Positions 23,285 through 34,769 of a stretch of DNA of 64,000 bases are shown piece after piece; position 1 is the stretch's first letter; each line of letters opens with the position of its first letter. Origin of the DNA: Alloascoidea hylecoeti (taxonomy: Eukaryota); NCBI GenBank assembly GCA_001600815.1, contig BCKZ01000003.1:686581-750580 (forward strand). Direction: 5' to 3'. The notes beneath the pieces were generated by a model. It ran no database searches. It saw only the letters and a list, made by a program, of their open reading frames with translations, and had not been told where the DNA came from. The position numbers were made by a program, and so were the translations under genes.

Positions 23285-25138
23285 TATGAAATGGTTACGT
23301 TATAGACTTTTACTCATGGGCAAACTTTCTTTTCGAAGAGTATAAAGCCTTCGGATCGGGAAAATATTATAATTTTTCATCACGCCTAACACAAATTAAT
23401 TTCATCGACTGCAACGTTAAACTATTAACACTATTTTTAAATTTATTTGATAACTTTTGATAATTATTATATAAAAGATAACATAGATTTAATGAAATTT
23501 TTTTATCAGTAATTTTTAATTATAAATGATCTTTATTATAAGTGTTTTTTGCTTGAGTAATTTTCCTCTTTTTCTATAGCGAAAAATCTCTTTTGTTGGT
23601 ACATTATAATTTATATCTATTAGAATGTTTCCACCATTAATATTAATATTGTATCTATAAGAATTATTATTTCTAGTGAAACTTAACAAATCTTATAAGG
23701 GACCAATTGTTATAGTGTATATGATATAGCATAAGTCCTACTTTTTCCCTTGTCCTTTTAGATTCGTGAGGAAATTAATGTTAGCGAGTAATTTAAATAG
23801 AAACCAAACTTCAAGTTTTATACTCTAGCCATCCATTATCCCCCTTAGGCATTGCTGTTGACCGCTCACACTAAATGTATTCCTTCGTATGATGAAAGGG
23901 TTTATGTTGATATCAGAATTTTACACCTTAACAATATATACTATACACTGGTACCTATAAAAATAAAATTGTCATATTTAATTGGTTCCAAACTATTAGA
24001 TTTTTCATTTAATTCATTACAACTGGTTTTCCTCATCTGTGTTAAAATAATAATACAGTTAATTTATAAATAAAATTTGATATGAAAGAAAAACGAAATC
24101 CACTTCTAGATCTTGGATTTGATTCTTTACTTTTTGACATATTTCTTCTTCTTTTTTTACTTTATAACGAATAATCCCGAATAAGAATTATTCATTTATC
24201 TTACTTTTATCAGATGAAAGCTTTTGAAACTTTTAATATGATTATGCCATTGCCATTGGCAATATGGAACCAAAACTTGAATATTTATCAACTCTATCAC
24301 AACTGTATTAACATAATTATCGATATTCTAAAAACAGATAATTAAAAATATTGTATAACCAACGATATGTATATGTGACTTTGCTAATTATCGCTTTAAA
24401 AGAAACTCGTAAAAGTACATCTATAGGTTCATGAATTGTGATTTTATAATTATATAAGTTTCCAAGAAGGATTAATATTGATCTTTATTAACCTTGACTA
24501 TTAGAAATGGTACGGATAATTAGCATCTGTCGTAAATGTTAGATTCAACTATACTACTTATTCCATAATTAGTGAATAACTTATCCATTAGGAAGACTCT
24601 GATATGGTATCAGACACTATCATGATCAATATCCTGTAATATTGTTTGGAATATTGAATCATATTTAAGTTACACGCAGTATCCCCTCCATCCTACCAAA
24701 TCCACAGTGGATATTAGCTTACACTCTTAAATATTACAGTTATTTTTCATTAAATTTATTTTGATAGTAAGCTTTGGGAATTGAAATTGCATAAATCTAG
24801 TCCTTCAACGTTAACTATAAGGCTATGGATGTCTGTATAAGCCTTTTTGAAAATCTGAAATATAATATAACATAAAGTTTTTACAGATAAGCATTAAAAT
24901 TGAAGTCTAGACAGAAAGTAACACATATAATTTATATTACAGGGCCTATCGTTCAAACAAAGCAAAAAACGCCTTTTAATTGAGATTAGTTATATAGATC
25001 TGAAAGGTAAAGTCTGATATATTATTAGTTTTAGTATGCTGAATTTGAACAAAAAATACAAAGGTTATAATTAATAAAATATTCTTGATATTTTAGCCTG
25101 TTTATAATGAAGAGAGTTAAATATAATCTATATTATAT

Positions 25139-25687
25139 TTAGTATCCTACACCAAATAATGCAGACACAACAACCATGACCAATGGAGCAAAAACGGAAT
25201 AAGATTGAGCACTAATACCATTTGCACCTGAACTTGAACTGGTACTCGAGACTTCTACAGAGGCAGAAGCTGAAGAGCTTGAACTAGAATCTTCTTCAGT
25301 TGCAGTAGAAGAAGCTGTTGCCACTGCTGTATCACTCGAACCTGAACCTGAACCTGAACCTGAGGATGCGGTACCTGATGCTTCACCTGATGCGGCGCTG
25401 GTTCCAGTTGATCCTGATGGATATGTTGAAGCACCAGAAGCATAAGAAGCAGCTGAAGCGCTTGCAGCTGAATAAGCGGTGCTAATGGAGGCAACATAGG
25501 CTGATTGAACTGAAAGGACCGATGCTTGAGCCGCAGAAATGGCAGCTTCTTGTGAAACGACAGCAGAATCTGTGTTAGCGGCTACAACGACAGCGGAGGT
25601 AGCAGTAGTTGCGGTTGAAATTGCAGCCGCAAAGACTGAGGTTGAAAGTGCGGTAAAATAAACGATGGTGGATATTGAAAACTTCAT
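25139..25687 (-). CDS. Ser/Thr/Ala-rich putative GPI-anchored cell-wall protein (paralog B), likely start MKFSIST at 25687
   Basis: The signal peptide and the C-terminal SYSVFAPLxMV tail are nearly identical to paralog A. TATAAAAG lies upstream on the minus strand. Confidence 0.85.
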   Translation of the reverse strand: MKFSISTIVYFTALSTSVFAAAISTATTATSAVVVAANTDSAVVSQEAAISAAQASVLSVQSAYVASISTAYSAASASAASYASGASTYPSGSTGTSAASGEASGTASSGSGSGSGSSDTAVATASSTATEEDSSSSSSASASVEVSSTSSSSGANGISAQSYSVFAPLVMVVVSALFGVGY

Positions 25688-27470
25688 TTTTAAGACAAAA
25701 CCAAATATTGAATGAATTTGTATATGGAGGGTTAGAAGCTCTTTTATAACAAATTGTAATCTCGATATATTAAAAGTCACTCTGTAAAAATTGCCAAAAA
25801 CTCATAAGTCCTATGCATTCTAGTTAAGGGGCTCAGCTAACAGTAAATAGTTTATTAGCACTGAGAATTCTCAGATGTAAGTCTATCCTGTAAGCCGATG
25901 GGCTTAGAAAAATCAATATATAGGAAATTATTAATCACACCAGTTGAGGCTTAGCTAACATATTAACATAAATTTTAACAGACTTCCCAAAAAAAAATTC
26001 ATTAATATTTAATCTGATAAAATAAGAATTGCGCCTTGTGAAAATCTACCAATGTAAAGCTCAATATCACTTTAATAGTTATAGAGAGAGAGAGATTTTA
26101 TGATCCATTTGATAATAAGACATGTGAGGCTGTGACAATCGCAATTACAACAGATTATCTTTTGAAAGTCAATTTCTAACTAACTTAAGTTTCCTTAATT
26201 TTCAACCGAAAATCAGTTTCTCAGTCAATGAATATGATGGCTATTATGTGGTTTCAGATTTATTTTTATTGGAAATATCTTCATTCATTTAATTTTGGAT
26301 CCGGATTTTAAAATGATCATGAATGATTTAAGAAACTGAGGAAACCCCAACATCTGATTCCATTTTTTCTACAAAATACATTCATTAAATTTCAAAGGCC
26401 TGAAAGTCTACATCCACAGGTTGAATGCCTATATGAAAGGTATATTATGAATTTATAAGTGGTTGAATACTTTAATTTTAAAGTTTGGTAACTTCAATCT
26501 TTAGCCATGTATACATGCATGACTATTCACTCCACTTTCACTACCAACAGTATCCTTGATCCATAATGCTCCATATGAAGAGTGGTCCTAAACGTGGACT
26601 TTATTCTTAGAGTATTTCAAGTTTATTCCAAGATTATTTTTAGTTTTATAGTTGTTTTATTCTACAAAACTGATCGTTGGGCTGTTGGGGGGGAGGGGGT
26701 TATTTAAGGTTGTTCTACATATAAGGCTTATATGCTTATTTTATTTACGAATGCTCTTAAATTTTCCATATAACGTAAATTTGGTCAAAGTACCATGGTA
26801 CCGTATTTAAATTAATTCTTTTGATATTCGACTACACACTTTTCCATTCTTGTTAATGGCTCAGGAACAAAGTTAGGGAATTTTGAAACACACAAAACGT
26901 CTTTAATATTCGTTAATCCTCATTTGTAGGTCACGACTCGCGCGACCCGTGACCCATGACCCGCGATCGTAAAGCCCTGCATGATCAGGATCAGAGAAAT
27001 ATATTTAAGGCTTATTGCATCGGAGTTTTCGATTAGGATAAATGCATTTTAATTTGCGATTTTGTGTGGATTGTTTGAAAAGAATCTTTATGATTTGAAA
27101 AGTTTTTATTTTTGAAAATCGACGGCATGTCTCTTCAAATATGGAATACAATAAAGTTATAATAATATTAACATGCTCAACTATATTATGTCGACTTCCA
27201 AATTTATTTATTTATACCCACACATATGACATGGCATCTACATATTATTAGATTTTATCCGTTGAATCCTATATACGATTGATCGATATAAAAACACAAT
27301 CTCAATATATAAAAGTTGGAATGGTGGTTGCTACTTGCTAGTATCAACAATAAATATCTAACAATATTTGAAGTAACATGTAAACAGTAATCCTATAGCT
27401 CGTAAACAATAATTAAATAGTATATATACATAATTAAACTATGGTCTATAGAGATATAATGAGTGAATGT

Positions 27471-27501
<31 letters not shown>

Positions 27502-27611
27502 GTATTAATATTAATAAAAAAGCGACAAAAACATATCAAGATCAATTGCAAATCCAACCTAAAATTGAGTTGGCATCATTATTTTCCTAACAAAAAAATA
27601 TTGTAAAACAT

Positions 27612-29183
27612 TTAAACGGACAGTTCAGTTTGAGTTACTTGTAACTTTTCATTAGAAGAAAGATTATTTTCATTATTGAAGTTCAACTTCTTTCTAGAAT
27701 ATGGTTTAACACTAGAATTGTATTGTTGATCAACTTCTTCCAAACTAAGACCCTTTGTTTCGTAAATGAAGAAAAATGTAAAGAAAACTGCAACCAAGTT
27801 ACAACCACCCCAGATGAAAAACACCTTTGGACCCAAATTAGCATTACCTGGACCAGACTCAACCATATATGGTGTGGAATAGGCAATTGCAAAGTTAAAA
27901 AGCCAGTTGGCTGCAACAGTGACAGCAACAGACTTGGCACGAAGACGAAGTGGGAAAATTTCACTGACAACAACCCAAGCAACAGGACCCCATGTGGCGG
28001 CGAAGAAGGCAATGAAAACACAGACGAATGCAATCATGACGTTATTAGCAACATCACTGTGACTGGAAGTTGCGACACCAACAATAGAAATGATGAAATC
28101 AGCGATAGTCATTCCAATAGCTCCTGTAAGAAGTAATTTTCTTCTACCGAATAACTCAACGAAAAGAATACCTGGGATAGTAGCAACAACATTGACAATA
28201 TTTGTAATCAAAGAAATAATAAAGGGATTTTTAATGCCGGACTTCTGGAAAAATTGAGTTCCATAATAGAAAATGAAATTAATACCAGTCAATTGTTGGA
28301 AAATTTGTAAGAAAATACCAGTCAAAATTCTCTTTAATTGTTTATTTTCAGTTGAGAAACAGTCCGTGAAGTTTTTCCAAGAAGGCGCATCTTGAGTGAC
28401 ATGTAGTTCAGCTAAATGATTGGCCTTAATCTCCTCTAATTCATTTAAAAGTGTTTCGTTATCAACAGGAAGCTTTCTGAGTCTTGATAAGGATTCAGCG
28501 GCTCTCTTCTCATCTCCTTTCTTAATGAAAAATCTAGGTGTATCAGGCAAGAAAATCATGCCACCGCCGAGAATTAAAGAGAATAAGAACTGAATAGCAA
28601 TTGGGATTCTGTATGAGCTTGAATCGCTTCTGTTATGAGTTGCTTGATTAACACAAGAAGCTAAGAGCAAACCGATAGTGATAGACCATTGATAGAAAGA
28701 AACAATGGTACCTCTAATCCATTTTGGAGCAGCTTCTGATTGATATAATGGAACAACAGAAGAGATCATACCAACACCAAAACCAGCAATAGCACGACCA
28801 GCACAGAGTAGTGGGATACTAGTAGCGGCAACTTGTAAGATAATACCAAGATTAAAGAAGAAGAAGGTTGAGATAATCAAAGCCCAACGTCTACCAAGGG
28901 TGTCAGATGCAATAGGGGCGGTTAAAGCTCCCAAAAATGTACCAACGGATAGGATAGAAGTGATCAAAGAGGTTTGACTTGAAGAAAAATGATCAGAGTC
29001 AGTAAAAGTTTCCTTTACATGTTTCATTGCAAGAACACCATTAATGGTACCAGTATCATAACCGAAAAGAACACCACCACAACCAACAAACACGGCTACA
29101 AAAATAGCCATGAAGTTGGAACCTTCTGTCTTTTCACCAGGGTTGAAAAGCTTTTTAACGATTCTTGAATCAATTAAACCCAT
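27612..29183 (-). CDS. MFS sugar porter, Gxs1/Hgt12-like high-affinity glucose(/xylose)-H+ symporter without a sensor tail
   Basis: GGVLFGYDTG, DTLGRR, PLYQSEAAPKWIRG, QQLTGINFIFYYG and YETKGLSLE are present, with a short C-tail. From memory the N-terminus resembles Candida intermedia Gxs1. Confidence 0.88.
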   Translation of the reverse strand: MGLIDSRIVKKLFNPGEKTEGSNFMAIFVAVFVGCGGVLFGYDTGTINGVLAMKHVKETFTDSDHFSSSQTSLITSILSVGTFLGALTAPIASDTLGRRWALIISTFFFFNLGIILQVAATSIPLLCAGRAIAGFGVGMISSVVPLYQSEAAPKWIRGTIVSFYQWSITIGLLLASCVNQATHNRSDSSSYRIPIAIQFLFSLILGGGMIFLPDTPRFFIKKGDEKRAAESLSRLRKLPVDNETLLNELEEIKANHLAELHVTQDAPSWKNFTDCFSTENKQLKRILTGIFLQIFQQLTGINFIFYYGTQFFQKSGIKNPFIISLITNIVNVVATIPGILFVELFGRRKLLLTGAIGMTIADFIISIVGVATSSHSDVANNVMIAFVCVFIAFFAATWGPVAWVVVSEIFPLRLRAKSVAVTVAANWLFNFAIAYSTPYMVESGPGNANLGPKVFFIWGGCNLVAVFFTFFFIYETKGLSLEEVDQQYNSSVKPYSRKKLNFNNENNLSSNEKLQVTQTELSV

Positions 29184-29302
29184 TTTTTATTGTATGAAGT
29201 AATTAAAGTGAATAATTAAAAAGAATCTTGAGACTTTGTGGTTCTTTTATAATGCTCTAGATTAAATTTTTGCAGTTAAGAATTAGCCATACGAGATGTC
29301 AA

Positions 29303-29312
29303 CCCCGGAAAT
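29303..29312 (-). promoter_or_regulatory. Mig1/CreA-type glucose-repression site upstream of the sugar transporter
   Basis: The minus strand reads ATTTCCGGGG (AT box + SYGGGG), about 120 bp upstream of the ATG. Confidence 0.45.
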
Positions 29313-30818
29313 GGAGTCTGGAGAAATAATATGGCCATCTGTACGACCCTACAATTCTAAAAAGTATAATAACCTGCATGTGCATGACTTAGTTTATCCG
29401 GTCGGGTACTTTGCAATTCATCCGAATGCAGCCCTGCTTTAAATTTTTTCAACAAAAGTTCCGACTACAGCATCACGAACTTCACGGCTAGTAAAAGTCA
29501 ATTTAAACACAGCTAGGAAAACACGGTTATACAAAGTCATACAAAGTCATTAAAAACCCAACGGTTGAATACGAATAGCCATAACTTTAAATTCATAGTT
29601 AACCGAAACCTTGGTAAACGTCAAGGATCATTTAATCTGACTAGAGAGATTGTTTCAACTCTCCGCAATTTTCCACGTACGGCTATGATTTAGACTGAAG
29701 GAGAAATCAGAGTACTATAATAAAGAAGGTTTTACAGTTTCCAATAATGATCTTAATTTTCCTTTGATTCCCCTCTCTTCACTGAGACCTCAGTGTTATA
29801 CTACATGCCCTTCATTTTCATGTTTTCAATTACATTCAAATTACTTGGGGTTGCATATGTTATAGCCATTCTAAACGTTTTGTATATTCATCTAGATTGG
29901 CGCTGATATCGCTTATAATATGCGAACATTAACTTTGTGTGAAGTAATTGAAACCATAATTATTGAGGTGAAAATTTCTCCAAAACTATAATTATAAATA
30001 AATTTACGCCAACCCGCATAAGCTTGCAAGTTTAACATGAATCAATTCTATATTTACTCTTTTTGTTCAACCCGTATAGTGTAAAGTCCACATTATATTT
30101 ACATCTGAAATTATGAATGAAAAAGAATGAATTAGATTCCGGGTTGTTGTAAGTTTAACTGTTTTCTAATTGAACTTCATGATCGTGAAACAAGCTTCAG
30201 TGCTGTTAATAATGTTCTCTTCTACTTGAAATTATTTACAAATGATATTAATATATATTAATAGTAATAATCATACCCATTGACATCTACTCAGAAAAAG
30301 TTAAAAATGCTAATCTAGGAATGTCCAGAACAAAAAAGGTACCCATGAAAAGCAATTTTAATCCATCAAAAGTTTTCAAAATCCAGATCTGTTGTATGCC
30401 CCATATTAATTTGCGTACCCGCATATATGTATGAACCCTTACCTAAATTCTGGATGTACCCTACATATAATTATTGTAACTTGTTTTGTAAGCCTAGGGA
30501 TATTTGAAAATTTTGAATGTTGCCCCATATTAATATTACTCCCGTCGTACTGATCCATTAATTCTGAACTTAATTACATAATAACATCTTATATTACATG
30601 ATGAGAAAATTACCATGGAAAATACAAATATTCATGAGCAGATCTATACCACGTCTATTATATTTTAAGTATGATCAACCAAAATAAAATATAACTTATA
30701 ATTTTATACGCTAATTTCAACTTGATTTTCCGGAGATTGATTACTTTCTCCTCCGTGCATATCTTAAAGAGACGAATCAATTAATCAGATTTAATCTTAA
30801 TCTGTACATTTCTTAAAT

Positions 30819-31768
30819 TTACTCGGTGTTAATGGTCTTGATACAACAGGCAATTTGCCCCGCTTTCTGATCATCAATAAAACAATGTAGTACTAACATC
30901 CTTTGGTCGGTAATGATAGCAATGGCTTGTTTAGTATTTTCGCATAATTTCATAGCGTACCTCCAATCCTTTGTTCTGATTACAACACTTGTAATTTTCT
31001 CTCCATCATTTTTATCAGTTTTATTCATTTCTTCGTCAGACTCAACCGTTGCATCTGAATCCACGTCTTTTTCAGTGACAGTTTCAACCTGAAGTTTCAT
31101 TCGCAAACTAATAGTTACTTGTCTAGATTCGTTTTCCATCGTTAGTGAAATTTTACCCGAAGACGATGTAGTTAGCATTATTAGATCTGTGGATTTGTAT
31201 CTCTCTACTCTTTTAAATAGCGATGATATATTCTCTGGTAATTTTATAATCATATCAGCATCAAGTAAACCTGGTTCTTTGATTGTTTGGTCGGTTTCCT
31301 TTGAAATCATCCCTACGGGGACCCGAAATCTACTTCCTCGACTTGATCCATTTGCTTGCTGTTCCATATAATGGATATTTAAACGATATGTTGAATCTGG
31401 TCGCGTCAATTGCATAAATAACTCATTTGAATTTGATTTCTCAAAGAATTTTAGGATAGAAACAAGATTGTCAAGATTTACCTCTATTGTTATTGCTCCA
31501 CGTCTTGATTCCAATGTATAATTGTCAAATACAGAATCAGTTTTTATGACACACCATATTTGTGGCTCACCCATAGTCATGGAGACTACTGTCAATTGAG
31601 AAGATTCAAACCTAAGAATGCATTCTTTTCTGAGAGCCCCAATAATAGACAAAGTTGCTTGATTAAAAGAAACCCAAATTATTAAAAATGTTCGATAATA
31701 AACGAATCTCAGATATTACACGTACATCTTAGTGTTTTTGTTGAAGATGTAGATAGTCTAAGCTTCAT
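30819..31768 (-). CDS. MEC3: 9-1-1 checkpoint clamp subunit Mec3/Hus1; exons 31768-31726, 31657-30819
   Basis: The spliced N-terminus MKLRLS..LRKECILRFESSQLTVVS..PQIWC..VFDNYTLES resembles Mec3. The intron is GTACGT..AAG (68 nt) and its branch site is weak. Confidence 0.8.
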
Positions 31769-32070
31769 CTGGTTTTTAGTAACTTGGGATAGTTTGTGAT
31801 ATCATTACAGACACAACTCCGGGTAATTAGTAGGAGTTACGGTCTTTTACTATAATATAGCGGTATTATATATTCCTGCTATAAGATCTATTAAAATAAT
31901 ATGAATAATGGATTTTTTTTTCCTCTTTATAGAACTTGTCAGTATTTGTAAAGAAGTCGAAATAACTTCGAGGCCTTTAAGGCTATCTTTTTATTTACTT
32001 CATTTACATACTTAAATGGACTTAATCAATATATTGAACATGAACCGGCGTAATTCTTCATTATTTAAAT

Positions 32071-33801
32071 TTAAGGGTTTACCCATACAAGTTTTACACT
32101 ATCCCAAATCCAACCATGATTCTCGCTATATTTGCTGGTAGTAAAAGTAACTGTGTTGTCACCTTTAACCAAAAGTCCAGAATCAATATCAAGAGCTGCA
32201 AGCCACCATTGACCACCGAAAGTAGATGATCTATAGGTACTGGGATCTGAACTTATAGCGTTTTTGTTAAGATCCGTTCCAAGGGCCTCGCTATTGACGG
32301 AGACTTGCAATCTACTACTAACACCACCAATTGAAGTACCTTGGCCAGAATAACCAGCAATAGAAACATATATCCTTGCTGAGCTATCAGTTGGAACTGA
32401 ATCCAGTGTGAATTTTACCGTCCAAGTACCTGCTTTTGATTTACCGAAGCACCAATCACTATCGGTGGAAGTACCAACAGTGTATGTTAGATCAGCAGCA
32501 CACTTTTCGATCTTGCCATGCTCATAAGCAGAGTCACCCATATCAAAGCCCTTGGAAGTTCGGTCAAAAACACCAATCTGCCACACGGTTTCAGTAGTAG
32601 GTATGGCCCAACTTAACGTGCCCAACGCCTTGGTTGCACTACTTGTTACCGTAATACCACTACCATACTCGTATGTGTCAATTTGATTTGCTGATGGGGA
32701 TCCTTTTGATTCATAGGATGGATAAGCTTGCAGATAGTATGTCTTTTCTGTTCTAACATTCTTAAATTGAAAATTTCCTTTACCATCAGTCTTAGTATTG
32801 TAGTAATAATCAACGCCTTGTGTCATAGAGTAGCCTTCATCTCCTAAGAAAACATTAACATGTGAAGCAGCAGATCCATTAGAGAGCTTAAGAGTACCTG
32901 TCACAATACCACGACTCTGATAATCAGTATCATCAATCCAGCTATAAGGCCATTGATTTTTTTCCGTAGAAAGTTGTTTTTGAGCATCAGAATAACTACC
33001 TTCATTAAAATACCACAACCATGGTCCCCACATTTTCCCTGTTGGGACAGTATCGCTTATATCAGCAGCATAATGTGTTCCGTGAAGCATGTTAAGTAAC
33101 ACAGTGTTGCCGTTTGATCCACTTGTGTGTAACATTAATTCTTGCTTTTGGTTATCACCATTATAATAATCTGTACTTGGAGAAATAACCCACATTCCAA
33201 TATTATCACCATAGACACCATATACCTGCTCCTCTTGGATTCTAGAAGACCAATCATATTTAGTAATGTAAGAACCATTAGATAGCTCCCAGGTTTCATC
33301 TTGTACCTTGGTACCTGAATAATCATCAGGATAAGTAGGCAATTCACCTACTTTTCTAGATGTGCGACCATATCTAAATGTATCACCGTCAATTTGGCAA
33401 ACAGTTCTGAATTCTCCTAAAGGACTTGGTAAGCCACTATTAACAAAATATGAGTAAAAACCATTAATATTTTTTGCTAAAACAATGTGCCAAACACCAA
33501 CATCAGATGTATAAGCAACATCCATAAAATCATCAGCTTGTTTGTAAATTGCAGCGGATGTAAAAGTAAGAGTTGTTTTCACATAACTAGCATAACATCC
33601 AACAGCATCACCATTAATACTAGTGGATCCAAATTTTAAAGCAGCAGCATAATGCTTTCCAACATGCATCGAGACAGTATCAGAGGAAATGGCAGTATTC
33701 AAAGGACTCGTTGCAAGAATCTTGAAACTAAATACCGAAGAGCCTAAACATTGAGCGACATATAATGTCAGAAAGGAAACCAATGTTACAAAGACAATCA
33801 T
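32071..33801 (-). CDS. Secreted polysaccharide lyase family 4 (rhamnogalacturonan endolyase)
   Basis: Signal peptide, then KVQDETW..SYITKYD, YYNGDNQKQELMLH, LNMLHGTHY, GPWLWYFN, WPYSW, YQSRGIVTG and WQIGVFDRTS. The layout fits the three-domain PL4 architecture (beta-supersandwich, FN3-like, CBM-like). Confidence 0.88.
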   Translation of the reverse strand: MIVFVTLVSFLTLYVAQCLGSSVFSFKILATSPLNTAISSDTVSMHVGKHYAAALKFGSTSINGDAVGCYASYVKTTLTFTSAAIYKQADDFMDVAYTSDVGVWHIVLAKNINGFYSYFVNSGLPSPLGEFRTVCQIDGDTFRYGRTSRKVGELPTYPDDYSGTKVQDETWELSNGSYITKYDWSSRIQEEQVYGVYGDNIGMWVISPSTDYYNGDNQKQELMLHTSGSNGNTVLLNMLHGTHYAADISDTVPTGKMWGPWLWYFNEGSYSDAQKQLSTEKNQWPYSWIDDTDYQSRGIVTGTLKLSNGSAASHVNVFLGDEGYSMTQGVDYYYNTKTDGKGNFQFKNVRTEKTYYLQAYPSYESKGSPSANQIDTYEYGSGITVTSSATKALGTLSWAIPTTETVWQIGVFDRTSKGFDMGDSAYEHGKIEKCAADLTYTVGTSTDSDWCFGKSKAGTWTVKFTLDSVPTDSSARIYVSIAGYSGQGTSIGGVSSRLQVSVNSEALGTDLNKNAISSDPSTYRSSTFGGQWWLAALDIDSGLLVKGDNTVTFTTSKYSENHGWIWDSVKLVWVNP

Positions 33802-34636
33802 TTTCCCTAGAATTTAACACCTTTAAATTTATATAGAACAACTACAGATATAGCCAATTTCTATTATAAAGATGTTTATCCTCGGAATTTGGAAGAGAAC
33901 TCCAGATATACTCCATTATATATGCATTTTTCAATTTATTTGGATAGGTGGGTTGAAACAAGGACTATAACAATTAAGACTAATAGTAGTATAATTTAAG
34001 TCAACTGCAGAATAAAGCATACAGATTTATAAGCATATATGGCCGTATAAGTATATCATTACCATATAATTGTTCATTAGCTCAAAATTATTTGCTTCTA
34101 AAGTTTTAAGATTAAATGTCTCATACCTATAAATAGTTATAGAGATATTGCGAAGGACTCTGAAACAAAATTGCGTTTTTAAACGGCTTTGGTACCCTTT
34201 GCCTTAAATTTCCAGGTGAGAACAGAGAATGTGTAGGAAAAGTCTGAAGAATCCTACAAGTTGTTATTTATTATCTAAAGCAATTTTTATTCATATAATT
34301 GATTCCAACTAGAGATTGAAAGCTCTTTAAAATCTATAACTTTAGGTGTTTATATTTCAAGTATTCGTATGGCGTCGTAATAATATATTAGAGTTTGATA
34401 TCTGCTATGGCTACATAGAGCGCTAAAGAAACCAAACCCATACTCTTATAATTATATTATATGAATTTAATGAGAAACTAAGTCAATGTATTAATTGTGC
34501 CTGGATAGCTTATAAACGTCATAGACGCTGAAACAGATGTACAAGTTGCAGATATTGTAGCCTGGAATTTTCGAGATTCTATTGGTTAATTAATTTGTTA
34601 ATTCTTATAATCAACTTTTCTTTAGAATGATACGAG

Positions 34637-34769
34637 TGAGAACCAACTTATGAGAACCAACTTATGAGAACCAACTTATGAGAAGCATTGGAATCCGATA
34701 ATAACTAAAAAAAAAAAAGATCAGTTGCAAAAAGAGATCAATTGCAAAAAGAGATCAATTGCAAAAAGA
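34637..34769. repeat. Two adjacent minisatellites: (TGAGAACCAACTTA)x3 at 34637-34684 and (GATCARTTGCAAAAAGA)x3 at 34719-34769
   Basis: Tandem copies are directly visible. Confidence 0.95.

Noticed and set aside
34637..34769. CRISPR-like appearance of the short repeats
   Set aside because: The repeats are contiguous without spacers, the context is eukaryotic and there are no cas genes.
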